From an uncultured Alphaproteobacteria bacterium (GTDB taxonomy: Bacteria; Pseudomonadota; Alphaproteobacteria; HIMB59; GCA-002718135): a stretch of DNA of 56,737 bases. The stretch spans positions 1 to 56,737 of the forward strand of contig CACIRR010000002.1 in NCBI GenBank assembly GCA_902589095.1, written 5' to 3'. Below the pieces are notes generated by a model. It searched no databases, was not told where the DNA came from, and saw only the letters and a program-made list of their open reading frames with translations. The position numbers and the translations under genes were made by a program. This document shows, piece by piece, positions 29,636-38,822 of the stretch. Each line of letters opens with the position of its first letter. The stretch's first letter is position 1.

Positions 29636-30531
29636 TATTTATCCATTAATTGCAAATAAAGTTCCCTTATTTTTTTTGTAATTAGATTGTTTTTTAAATT
29701 ATAAATTTTGTTATTTATTTTTCTTACTGGAATAATATTAGCAAATGTACCTGTAACAAAAGACTCATCTGCATCTAACACATCTTTGAGTTTGAAATTT
29801 TTTTCATAAACTTTAATTTTATTTTTTTTACATATATCAATCACTTTTTGCCGTGTAATACCTTTAACACAATATTTACCGTTTGAAGTATAAACACACT
29901 TGTCTTTAATGTAGAAAAAGTGGGTACTGTTATTCGTTGCTATATTTCCGTTAATGTCAAACATCAGAGCTTCATCAGCCTTTTTCTTTTTAGCTTCAAT
30001 ACATGCAATAATACAATTTAATTTACTAAGTGAATTAATACGAGGATCTTGAACATTGTGCGGACCTCTAATAGTTTTAACAGTTTTTAAAATAAGACCT
30101 TTTTTATATATTGATTCTTGAGGTTGTTTGTATTCGGGTATTACTACAACAGTTGGTTTGGAAATGGTGAAGGCAGGATCTTGATAGGGTGTGCTTTTAA
30201 TACCTCTGGAGACGATAAGTCTGATATGCACATCAGTTTTCATTTTATTAATTTTAATTGTATTAGTTAAAATTTTTGTTAGTTGTTTTTTTGTTAAATG
30301 AATTTTTAGATCAATCTTTTTTGCATCTTCAAATAATCTACTTAAATGATCTCGTAAAAATAAAAATTTATTATTATGAAATCTGATACCTGACCAAACT
30401 CCATCTCCTAATAGGAAACCAGAATCAAACACTGATACCTTAGCTTTTTCTCTGAGGTAAAATTTATTATTAATAAATATTTTAATATTACGATTTCTTT
30501 TATCTTTAATATAATCATGACTAGAAGGCAT
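29635..30531 (-). CDS. class IV (fold-type IV) PLP aminotransferase / aminodeoxychorismate-lyase family protein
   Basis: 298 aa. VSVFDSGFLLGDGVWSGIR and TGTFANIIPV motifs are typical of the BCAT/DAAT/ADCL family. Confidence 0.75.
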   Translation of the reverse strand: MPSSHDYIKDKRNRNIKIFINNKFYLREKAKVSVFDSGFLLGDGVWSGIRFHNNKFLFLRDHLSRLFEDAKKIDLKIHLTKKQLTKILTNTIKINKMKTDVHIRLIVSRGIKSTPYQDPAFTISKPTVVVIPEYKQPQESIYKKGLILKTVKTIRGPHNVQDPRINSLSKLNCIIACIEAKKKKADEALMFDINGNIATNNSTHFFYIKDKCVYTSNGKYCVKGITRQKVIDICKKNKIKVYEKNFKLKDVLDADESFVTGTFANIIPVRKINNKIYNLKNNLITKKIRELYLQLMDK

Positions 30532-30542
30532 GGAGTGGTTAT

Positions 30543-30572
30543 AAAAAAATAAAGGGTAGAAATCTACCCTTT
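30543..30572 (-). terminator. rho-independent terminator downstream of metY
   Basis: AAAGGGTAG(aaat)CTACCCTTT hairpin at 30551-30572. On the minus strand it is followed by a U-tract (A7 at 30543-30549 on the plus strand). Confidence 0.6.
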
Positions 30573-30606
30573 ATTTCAAGAACGAGATATTACTTACACA
30601 AGGAGT

Positions 30607-31932
30607 TTATGCCACGCTCTTAACCTTTTCTTGAGCTTTGTTTATAGCTTGATCAATATCGTTAATGATATCATCTATGTGCTCTATACCTATGGATAAT
30701 CTTATATATCCTGGTGTTACACCTGCTCTTAATTGATCTTCAGTACTTAATTGAGAATGAGTGGTGGAAGCAGGATGTATAGCTAATGTTCTAGCGTCAC
30801 CAATATTGGCTACATGATAGATGAGTTCCAAACTATCAATGAAAGTTTTTCCAGCCTCAATACCTCCGTCAAGTTCAAAACCAACTAGGGGGCCAGTCCC
30901 ATTCTCCAAATATTTCTCAGCTCTTTCCTTGTTGACTCCTAGCTGATATTTTGGATGAATAACACGGTTTACATTTTTTTTGCTTGTCAAGAAGTCTGCA
31001 ACTTTTTCAGCATTGTCTTGATGTTTTTGAAAACGTAGAGGTAATGTTTCTAAGCCTTGAATAAAATTAAAGGCATTAGTAGGGGAGAGTGCTGCTCCTA
31101 AATCTCTTAATAACACAAATCTAGCTCGAACAGCATAAGTGATGTTTGCTCCTAGTACTTCAGGAACAACTTTGCCCAAAACCCATCCCCAATAACTAGG
31201 ATCTGGTTGATTGTATAAAGGATGGCGTTCAGGAAATTGAGTCCAATCAAAATTACCTCCATCAACAATCACTCCTCCAATTGATGTGCCATGTCCACCA
31301 ATCCACTTTGTTAATGAATGTACAACAATTGAAGCTCCGTGTTTAAGTGGTTTACAAGTTATTGGTGCCGCTGTGTTGTCAACTATAAGTGGTATGCCAA
31401 TTTTTTGACCTAAGGTAGCAACTTCTTCAATTGGAAAAACATTTAATTTAGGATTAGGTAGAGTTTCTGCATAAAATGCTCTTGTCTTATCATCAGCTAA
31501 TTTTACAAATGAATCAGGATCTTTGGGATCAGCAAATCTAACCTCAATCCCTAACTGCTGAAAAGTATTAGCGAATTGATTCCAAGTACCTCCATATAAA
31601 TCTGTAGAAGAAATGATGTTGTCACCTGCCTGACATAAATTTTGAATTGCAAACGCTGAAGCGGCTTGACCTGATGAAACAGCTAGAGCGGCAAGACCTC
31701 CTTCAAGTTGTGCAATTCTCTCTTCTAAAACTGCTGTTGTAGGGTTCATTATTCTTGTATAAATATTTCCTAACTCTTTTAACGTGAACAAATTACTTGC
31801 ATGTTCCTGATTATTAAATTGATAGCTTGTAGTCTGATAAATTGGAACAGCTACTGAATTTGTAGTTTCATCTTTTCTGTAATTTCCTCCATGCAAAGCA
31901 ATGGTCTCAGGGTGTAGAGATTTTGTAGTCAT
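30607..31932 (-). CDS. metY: O-acetylhomoserine sulfhydrylase
   Basis: 441 aa. HGGNYRKDETTNSVAVPIYQTTSY, PLP-lysine HSLTKWIGGHG, and C-terminal RLSIGIEHIDDI. Confidence 0.9.
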   Translation of the reverse strand: MTTKSLHPETIALHGGNYRKDETTNSVAVPIYQTTSYQFNNQEHASNLFTLKELGNIYTRIMNPTTAVLEERIAQLEGGLAALAVSSGQAASAFAIQNLCQAGDNIISSTDLYGGTWNQFANTFQQLGIEVRFADPKDPDSFVKLADDKTRAFYAETLPNPKLNVFPIEEVATLGQKIGIPLIVDNTAAPITCKPLKHGASIVVHSLTKWIGGHGTSIGGVIVDGGNFDWTQFPERHPLYNQPDPSYWGWVLGKVVPEVLGANITYAVRARFVLLRDLGAALSPTNAFNFIQGLETLPLRFQKHQDNAEKVADFLTSKKNVNRVIHPKYQLGVNKERAEKYLENGTGPLVGFELDGGIEAGKTFIDSLELIYHVANIGDARTLAIHPASTTHSQLSTEDQLRAGVTPGYIRLSIGIEHIDDIINDIDQAINKAQEKVKSVA

Positions 31933-32000
31933 ACTAAGTCCTTTCTCTTTAGTACATATTTGTTAAAACGGCGTACAATCTGAAAATCAAATACCGTTGG
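31933..32000 (-). promoter_or_regulatory. metY 5' leader with predicted H-type pseudoknot (possible SAM-II/SAM-V-like element)
   Basis: The minus-strand RNA is CAACGGUAUUUGAUUUUCAGAUUGUACGCCGUUUUAACAAAUAUGUACUAAAGAGAAAGGACUUAGUAUG. The stem is AACGG/CCGUU (31994-31998 with 31967-31971). Loop UAUUUG (31988-31993) is complementary to downstream CAAAUA (31957-31962). Confidence 0.35.
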
Positions 32001-32114
32001 AGTATTTATAGAAAATAATTCTAAAAAATATATATAAAAATATATATTTTTCTATATATTTTTATTTTATTGATAAATTTAGAAAAATATTCTAAATTGT
32101 ATTGATTAAATAGA

Positions 32115-32579
32115 ATGGATGAAATAGATAAAAAAATATTAGAGGAGTTACAGAAAAACGCATCAATTCCTCTTTCAGCACTTTCTAAAAAAGTTGGATT
32201 GTCCAACACACCTTGTTGGAATAGAATAAAAAAATTGGAGGAAGAAAAAGTTATTTTATCAAGAACAGTGGTTTTGGATAATAAAAAAATAAATCTTCCC
32301 ATTACAGTTTTTTTATCAATTTCAATTCATGATCATACAGAAAAATGGTTAAGTAACTTTGAGAGAGTTGTAAAAAAATATGATGAAATTACAGAAGTTC
32401 ATCGATTAACGGGAACTAACAGTGATTATCAAATTACTATTCTTTCACCTTCAATTGATGAATATGATAATTTTCAGCAAAAGCTTATTAAAGAAATTGA
32501 ATGCACTTATATGTCCTCTCATATTTCTTTACAAATCATAAAAAAAAAACACAAGTTGTCACTTGATTATCTAAATTAA
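32115..32579 (+). CDS. Lrp/AsnC family transcriptional regulator
   Basis: MDEIDKKILEELQKNASIPLSALSKKVGLSNTPCWNRIKKLEEEKVI HTH region plus a C-terminal RAM-like domain. It is divergent from metY. Confidence 0.85.
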   Translation: MDEIDKKILEELQKNASIPLSALSKKVGLSNTPCWNRIKKLEEEKVILSRTVVLDNKKINLPITVFLSISIHDHTEKWLSNFERVVKKYDEITEVHRLTGTNSDYQITILSPSIDEYDNFQQKLIKEIECTYMSSHISLQIIKKKHKLSLDYLN

Positions 32580-32617
32580 CTAATTGTTAAATACTTAATA
32601 CAATATACATAGAGCGA

Positions 32618-33781
32618 ATGCTTAATAAAAATTTAATTATTCTATCTATAGGGCAGGTATTTTCTTTTACATCTCCTACAGTTACAGTTTTGTTAAGCGG
32701 AATAATTGGATCTCAACTCATCAATATTAAATATTTAGCAACTTTACCAACTGCGTTAATGATTGTTGGAACAGCTTTGGGAGCGCCAGTAGCATCCAAA
32801 ATAATGGAAATAAAAGGTCGAAAGTTTGGTTTTATTTTATCTGCATTAATTAATAGTATTGCATCTTTAATTTGCGCATATTCTATTAGTATTTTAAATT
32901 TCTATCTATACTGCTTTGCAAATTTTTTAATTGGAATGTCTGTTTCTTTCATTCTGCAATACCGATTTGCTGCTACAGAATTAGTTCAAAAGGAAAATAT
33001 TCCTAAAGCTATTTCATTAATTTTACTTTTGGGTATTGTTGCAGCTCTTTTAGGTTCTAACATAGTTTCAGTAACAAAAGACTTATTTAATACTGAGTTT
33101 ACAGGTTCGTATGTATCTTTATCAATTTTAACAATAATACCTTTGTTTTTTTTTCTTTTTTATGATCATGACTCACGAGTAATAACTAATAAAAATAGTT
33201 ATAAATCTATTTTAAATTTAATTTTAAATAAAAATATACAGCTTGCGATATTTAGTGCTTCAGTTGGTTATATTACTATGAGCACATTAATGACAGCAAC
33301 TCCAATATCTATGAATGTTATGCATGGGTACAGTATTTTTTCTACTGGCATTGTAATACAATTGCATGTTGTTGGTATGTTTTTACCATCTCTTATAACT
33401 GGTAATTTGATTACTTCATATGGACATAGAAAAATAATTTTTATAGGAATAATTATTTTAATTTTATGTATTGCTACAAATTTTTTATTTGAAACTTATT
33501 ATGGTTTTTTAATTGGTCTAATTTTATTAGGTATAGGTTGGAATTTTTTATTTGTTTCTGGAACTAGTCTTCTGGTTGTATCATATGAAGAAGATAATAA
33601 ATTTTTATCACAGGGATTTAATGATTTTGTGGTATTTACTAGTCAGGCAATTGGTTCATTATCAGCTGGTTTTTTACTATATTTAACGAATTGGAAAACA
33701 TTAAATTTAATATGTTTACCAATGATAGCTTTTCTTTTAATTTTTTTAGTAAATAATAAACCTAAAAAGAATATTAACTAA
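32618..33781 (+). CDS. MFS transporter
   Basis: 387 aa with about 12 TM segments in two six-helix halves. Confidence 0.75.
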   Translation: MLNKNLIILSIGQVFSFTSPTVTVLLSGIIGSQLINIKYLATLPTALMIVGTALGAPVASKIMEIKGRKFGFILSALINSIASLICAYSISILNFYLYCFANFLIGMSVSFILQYRFAATELVQKENIPKAISLILLLGIVAALLGSNIVSVTKDLFNTEFTGSYVSLSILTIIPLFFFLFYDHDSRVITNKNSYKSILNLILNKNIQLAIFSASVGYITMSTLMTATPISMNVMHGYSIFSTGIVIQLHVVGMFLPSLITGNLITSYGHRKIIFIGIIILILCIATNFLFETYYGFLIGLILLGIGWNFLFVSGTSLLVVSYEEDNKFLSQGFNDFVVFTSQAIGSLSAGFLLYLTNWKTLNLICLPMIAFLLIFLVNNKPKKNIN

Positions 33782-33811
33782 ATTATTATTAATATATAAA
33801 AAGAATTTAGA

Positions 33812-34675
33812 ATGAATAAATCAAAAGTTGGTTTTATAGGTGCTGGCTATATGGGTTATGGCATGGCAAAAAATTTATTAAAAGAAAATGATATATATGT
33901 AATCGCTCATCAAAATAGAGTTCCAATAGATAGACTGGTTACAGAAGGTGCAATTGAAGTTAATTCATATAATGATTTAATAAATCATAATCTTGATTGC
34001 TTAATGTTGTGTGTTACAAACACACCCATTGCTCTAAATATTGGCGAGTTAATAACTCCATTAATTAAAAGAGAATTGCTTATTATCGATCTTACTACGC
34101 ACGATAAAAATGGAACTTCTAAAATGAAATCTATTTTTAATAATAAAAATATAAAATACACAGTAAATCCTGTCATGGGTGGACCTGTTCAAAGTGAAGA
34201 AGGGGTTCTAGGTGGGATATGGGGAGGTGACTCTGATGATTTTGAAGAGTCAAAAAAATACTTATCGAGTTTTTGTAAAAATATTTTTAATTTTGGTTCT
34301 GTTGAAAAAGCAGCACAAGCAAAATTATTATCTAATTTTTTATCTTTATTAACAACAACAACAGTAATTGAATTTTTTAGATCAGCAAAACAACTAGATA
34401 TTGATATTAATCTTTTATGCCAGGTAGCTAAATTGGGCTCTGGTAATTCAGGTGCATTAGAAAGAATTGCAGATAAGGCACTTCAAGGAGATTATAAAGG
34501 ATATGTCTTTTCAGTTAACAATACACTTAAAGATTTAACATATATTAATGATCTTCTAAAAGACTCAAGTAATGCTGAGCAACTATCAAGAATTGCAATG
34601 AACTTCTATGACTCTGCTAAAGATAGAGGATATGGAGATCATCTTGTTAGTGAGCTCATTGAAAAAGAATATTAA
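33812..34675 (+). CDS. NAD(P)-dependent 3-hydroxyisobutyrate/6-phosphogluconate dehydrogenase-like oxidoreductase
   Basis: VGFIGAGYMGYGMAKNL Rossmann motif and an all-helical C-terminal domain with a conserved Lys region (AAQAKLLSNF). Confidence 0.75.
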   Translation: MNKSKVGFIGAGYMGYGMAKNLLKENDIYVIAHQNRVPIDRLVTEGAIEVNSYNDLINHNLDCLMLCVTNTPIALNIGELITPLIKRELLIIDLTTHDKNGTSKMKSIFNNKNIKYTVNPVMGGPVQSEEGVLGGIWGGDSDDFEESKKYLSSFCKNIFNFGSVEKAAQAKLLSNFLSLLTTTTVIEFFRSAKQLDIDINLLCQVAKLGSGNSGALERIADKALQGDYKGYVFSVNNTLKDLTYINDLLKDSSNAEQLSRIAMNFYDSAKDRGYGDHLVSELIEKEY

Positions 34676-34681
34676 TATTGC

Positions 34682-35467
34682 ATGAGTGAATTAATACTTA
34701 CAGAAATTAAAGAAAATGTTTTTTATATTACTCTGAACAATCCTTCATCACAAAATACTTTAAGCTTAGACATAATTAATACTTTAAACGAAATTATTTT
34801 AGATTCTGCTAAGAATAATGAAATCAAAGTGATTATTATTAGATCAGTTGGCAAAATCTTTTCTGCAGGTCATAATTTAAAGGAAATTAGTTTGCATAGA
34901 AAAGACTCTGATAAAGGGTTAAAATTTTTTACAACATTAATAAACAGTTGCTCAAAATTAATGCTGAATATTTTAAACAATCCAAAGCCCGTTATAGCTG
35001 AAGTCAATGGAATTGCTACTGCTGCTGGTTCTCAACTTGTTGCTACTTGTGATTTAGCATATGCAAGTGATAAAGCATATTTTGCTACACCAGGAGTAAA
35101 TATAGGGCTATTTTGCTCAACTCCCATGGTTGCTTTATCTAGGGTTGCAAAAAATAAACATTCAATGGAAATGCTTTTAACTGGAGATATGATTGATGCA
35201 AAAAAAGCTAAACAAATTGCTCTAATTAATAATTATTTTGATGAGAATTCTCTTTCAAGTGAAGTTAATATAATTGCTAAAAAAATTGAAAGCAAATCAT
35301 CTTTAACTTTAAAAATTGGAAAAAAAGCTTTTTATGCTCAATCTCAAATGAATGTTGAAGATGCCTATAAATATTCTTCAGAAATTATGATTAAGAATAT
35401 GATGGAATATGATGCAGAAGAAGGAATAAATGCATTTATAGATAAACGAAAACCAAAATGGAAATAA
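34682..35467 (+). CDS. enoyl-CoA hydratase/isomerase (crotonase) family protein
   Basis: FSAGHNLKE and NGIATAAGSQLVATCDLA oxyanion-hole segments. 261 aa. Confidence 0.8.
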   Translation: MSELILTEIKENVFYITLNNPSSQNTLSLDIINTLNEIILDSAKNNEIKVIIIRSVGKIFSAGHNLKEISLHRKDSDKGLKFFTTLINSCSKLMLNILNNPKPVIAEVNGIATAAGSQLVATCDLAYASDKAYFATPGVNIGLFCSTPMVALSRVAKNKHSMEMLLTGDMIDAKKAKQIALINNYFDENSLSSEVNIIAKKIESKSSLTLKIGKKAFYAQSQMNVEDAYKYSSEIMIKNMMEYDAEEGINAFIDKRKPKWK

Positions 35468-36447
35468 AAAAATCACTTTTACTGGATAGAAACTTAGCTT
35501 TAGAAGCTGTTAGAGTTACAGAAATTGCTGCAATAGCAAGCTCTTTTCATATGGGGAGAGGTAACGAGAAGGCAGCGGATCAATCAGCTGTAAATGCAAT
35601 GAGAGATTTTTTAAATGTTTTAGATGTAAGTGGCAAAGTTGTAATAGGTGAAGGAGAGCGTGATAAAGCACCTATGCTTTATATTGGAGAGTTAGTTGGT
35701 AAAGGTAAAACCAAAGTCGATATAGCTTTAGATCCCCTCGAGGGAACATCGATAACTGCTAAAGGGGGTGAAAATGCTCTATCCGTATTAGCTATTGGTG
35801 AAGAAGGAAGTTTTTTACATGCTCCTGATATTTACATGAAAAAAGTTGCTTACGGATATAAGTATGAAGAATTAGAAATAGATATTGATGATAGTCCTGA
35901 AAAAATCATTAGAGATTTTTCTAACTTTTCTAAGATTAGACAAGAAAATATTGTGGTGTGTATTTTAGACAGACGCAGACATGAAGAACTAATTAATCAA
36001 GTAAGGTCAACCGGAGCAAGAATTAAATTGATTCCTGATGGCGATGTTAGCGCTGTTATTGCTACCTCAATAGATGATAGCGGAATTGATCTTTATATGG
36101 GTGTAGGAGGTTCACCGGAGGGTGTTTTAGCAGCTGCAGCACTGAGATGCTTGGGAGGTAAAATTTATACTAAGTTAATTTATGAAGATAACAAATCTTT
36201 TGAAAGGGCTAAAAAGATGGGTGTCAAAAGTAAAAATCAAGTATTTAAAACTAACGATTTGGCCAAGGGGGATGTTATGTTTTCAGCTACTGGAGTAACG
36301 GATGGAACATTATTAAAAGGTGTTAGAATTGACAAAGATAATGCCTATACACATTCCGTCGTAATGAGATCAGAAACATCAACTATTAGATATATAAATG
36401 CTAAACATAATTTAAATATAAAAAAATATAAATCTTACTTTAATTAA
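35458..36447 (+). CDS. glpX: class II fructose-1,6-bisphosphatase
   Basis: VTEIAAIASSFHMGRGNEKAADQSAV, DPLEGTS and PDGDVSA motifs. 329 aa. Confidence 0.9.
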   Translation: MEIKKSLLLDRNLALEAVRVTEIAAIASSFHMGRGNEKAADQSAVNAMRDFLNVLDVSGKVVIGEGERDKAPMLYIGELVGKGKTKVDIALDPLEGTSITAKGGENALSVLAIGEEGSFLHAPDIYMKKVAYGYKYEELEIDIDDSPEKIIRDFSNFSKIRQENIVVCILDRRRHEELINQVRSTGARIKLIPDGDVSAVIATSIDDSGIDLYMGVGGSPEGVLAAAALRCLGGKIYTKLIYEDNKSFERAKKMGVKSKNQVFKTNDLAKGDVMFSATGVTDGTLLKGVRIDKDNAYTHSVVMRSETSTIRYINAKHNLNIKKYKSYFN

Positions 36448-36562
36448 TAATAATTAATTACTGAAATATATACATATTTATTTTATATATATATTTTTTT
36501 TAGCATGTATCATTTTACATTTTTTATACTATATCAAGAAGATTAATAAAGTGAGGTTGTAA

Positions 36563-38137
36563 GTGAAAAAATTTATCCTTTTTGTTGTCTTTATAGCTGC
36601 TGCGGGAGGTGGATATTATTATTATAACCTCAGCAATACTCAAGTTTCAACAACATCATACGAATATATCAAAGTAGAAAAGGGCAACATTAAAAAGACA
36701 GTTTCTGCTACTGGGAAAATTATCCCAACTTCCACATTAACTTTATCATCAGAAATTTCTGGAAAAATAGTGGAAATAAATAAAGATTTTAATGAGCAAA
36801 TTAAAATAGGTGAGGTGCTAGCAACATTTGATCAAAATCCATTTATTTTGAGTGTTGAAGAAACTGAAACTTCAGTAAGTATATCTAAGTCAAAGTTAAA
36901 ACAAAAAATAGGTAGTTTAGAAAAAGCAAAATCAGAATTAAATAATTCTATTTCAAATAGAAATGGAGCTGTATCGAAACTAAATGACTCATCTCTTAAT
37001 ATTAATAAACTAAAAGAAAACTTAGGCGATAAAACAAAATTATTCGAAAAAAAATTTATATCTAAAAAAGAGCTTGAAGATGCTAAGTTTGAATATGAGA
37101 GTGCAGTTTTTCAATACAGTACTTTGGAGTCTGAAATTTTATCACTTAATGCCATCATCGACTCAAGAGAAGCTCAAATCAAAATAATAAATGCTGAAAT
37201 AGAAGAAGTTGAAAAGTTAATTCAACAAACTGAATTAACTTTGGAAAGCGAAAAATTAGATTTAAGTAAAACAAAAATAGTATCACCAATCGATGGCTTT
37301 ATTTTAGACAAACACATAAGTGTCGGAGATGTTTTAGGGGCGTATCAAAAAGACTCAATAATGTTTACGATTGCTGAAACTTTATCAAAAATGAATATAG
37401 AAATTTTTATTGATGAATCAGATATTGGATTAATAAAACCAAATCAAGAGGTGGAATTTTCCACTGATGCTTTTCCAGATAGAAATTTAAAGGCCAATAT
37501 AACCCAAATTAGATACTCACCAATAGATGATCAAAATGTTATTACTTATGAAGTTATAGCTTCGTTTGATAACCCAAATAATATTCTTTTACCGGGTATG
37601 ACAGCTAATGTTGATATCATTGTAGAAAATAAAAATGATGTTTTGAAAGTTAAAAATTCAGCACTTTCAGTTAAGTTAAATCAAAAACCTAAAAAAAATT
37701 CTGGAGGTGGCAATCGTTGGGGTGGTGGTGGAGCATCTCAACTTCAAGAAATTATGGGTCAACTTAATATGACAACTGAGCAACAAAATAAAATGCGTGG
37801 TGTATACCCTAAACTAGGTAAGGTAAGAGAGTCATTGACTGCAAAAAACTTATCTCCTGAAAAAATTCGAAAAGAGATGCAGTTATACATTGAAAATGCT
37901 CTCATAGAATTATTAAATGATGAGCAAAAAAATAAATTTTTTACATTAAAGGAGGCCCTTAATGTTAAAAAAGTATACAAACTTGTAGACGGAGAGCATG
38001 AAAAAATTGACTTAATAACTGGACTAAACTCAGGTGGCTATACTGAAATCATAAAGGGTGAGATTAACGAAGGCGATGAAGTAATCTCTAAAATTATTGT
38101 GGAGACATCAAATAAAAAAGCTCTTAGACTATTTTAA
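36563..38137 (+). CDS. MacA/HlyD-type periplasmic adaptor with Gly-rich/helical insertion
   Basis: GTG start and N-terminal TM. It has a lipoyl-like segment (ISGKIVEINKDFNEQIKIGEVLATFD), a long coiled-coil hairpin, and a beta-barrel. An insertion of about 100 aa (GGGNRWGGGG...MTTEQQNKM...LNDEQKNKF) precedes the final domain. Confidence 0.75.
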   Translation: MKKFILFVVFIAAAGGGYYYYNLSNTQVSTTSYEYIKVEKGNIKKTVSATGKIIPTSTLTLSSEISGKIVEINKDFNEQIKIGEVLATFDQNPFILSVEETETSVSISKSKLKQKIGSLEKAKSELNNSISNRNGAVSKLNDSSLNINKLKENLGDKTKLFEKKFISKKELEDAKFEYESAVFQYSTLESEILSLNAIIDSREAQIKIINAEIEEVEKLIQQTELTLESEKLDLSKTKIVSPIDGFILDKHISVGDVLGAYQKDSIMFTIAETLSKMNIEIFIDESDIGLIKPNQEVEFSTDAFPDRNLKANITQIRYSPIDDQNVITYEVIASFDNPNNILLPGMTANVDIIVENKNDVLKVKNSALSVKLNQKPKKNSGGGNRWGGGGASQLQEIMGQLNMTTEQQNKMRGVYPKLGKVRESLTAKNLSPEKIRKEMQLYIENALIELLNDEQKNKFFTLKEALNVKKVYKLVDGEHEKIDLITGLNSGGYTEIIKGEINEGDEVISKIIVETSNKKALRLF

Positions 38138-38139
38138 AA

Positions 38140-38822
38140 TGATTAAAATTAACTCCATCTCAAAAGAATATGTAATGGGTGAAAGCAAATTGTTAGCACT
38201 TAATAATATAGATGTCTCGATATTAGAGGGTGAGTTTGTTTCAATAATGGGATCTTCAGGATCTGGTAAATCAACATTGATGAATATAATTGGCTGTCTA
38301 GATGTCCCCTCTAGTGGAGACTATTTTTTTAAAGATGATAAAATTTCAAATTTTAATTCAAACAAACTCGCTGAACTAAGAAATAAGGAAATAGGTTTTA
38401 TATTTCAAAATTTTAATCTTTTACCAAGATTGAATGCACTTGAAAATGTTGTGTTACCTTTATTATATTCGGGTAAAAATCAAAAAGAGAGAAATAGACT
38501 TGCCTTTGAGGCCTTGGAAAATGTTGGATTGAAGGATCGTATTCACCACAGACCAAATCAATTATCTGGTGGTCAACAACAAAGAGTTTCTATTGCTAGA
38601 GCTATTGCTGGTTCACCTAAATTAATATTAGCAGATGAACCTACAGGAGCACTCGATAGTAAGACAAGTATTGAAATTATGACGATACTTAATGACTTAA
38701 ATGCTAAAGGTATAACAATAGTTTTAGTTACACATGAAGATGACATAGCTAAATATGGCTCAAGAATTATTAAAATGAAAGATGGAAAAATAATTGAGGA
38801 TAAAAAAAATGTCCCTAACTGA
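38140..38822 (+). CDS. macB: MacB-type ABC transporter ATP-binding protein
   Basis: GSSGSGKST, LSGGQQQRVSIARA, ILADEPTGALD. I prefer the ATG at 38140 (MIKINSISKEY) over the track start at 38097. Confidence 0.9.

Noticed and set aside
32023-32051. 11-bp inverted repeat AAAAATATATA-N6-TATATATTTTT between metY and the Lrp-family gene, considered as an Lrp operator.
   Set aside because: It is pure A/T low-complexity sequence in a TA-repeat-rich spacer. Such palindromes arise easily by chance here, and there is no second copy to support a motif.
36448-36562. TA-rich tract (atatatacatatttattttatatatatatttttttt) downstream of glpX, considered as a repeat element or terminator.
   Set aside because: There is no stable GC-containing stem and no repeated unit beyond simple TA dinucleotides. 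It is most likely just an AT-rich promoter region for the MacA-type operon.
38097-38139. Upstream extensions of the macB ATPase (38097) and likewise of the permease (38794), SBP (52106), YczE-like (42491) and HutC-type GntR (55639) ORFs.
   Set aside because: Internal ATG codons with better ribosome-binding sites or canonical N-termini exist (38140, 38809, 52082, 42503, 55667). The 42491 TTG lies inside a terminator stem.
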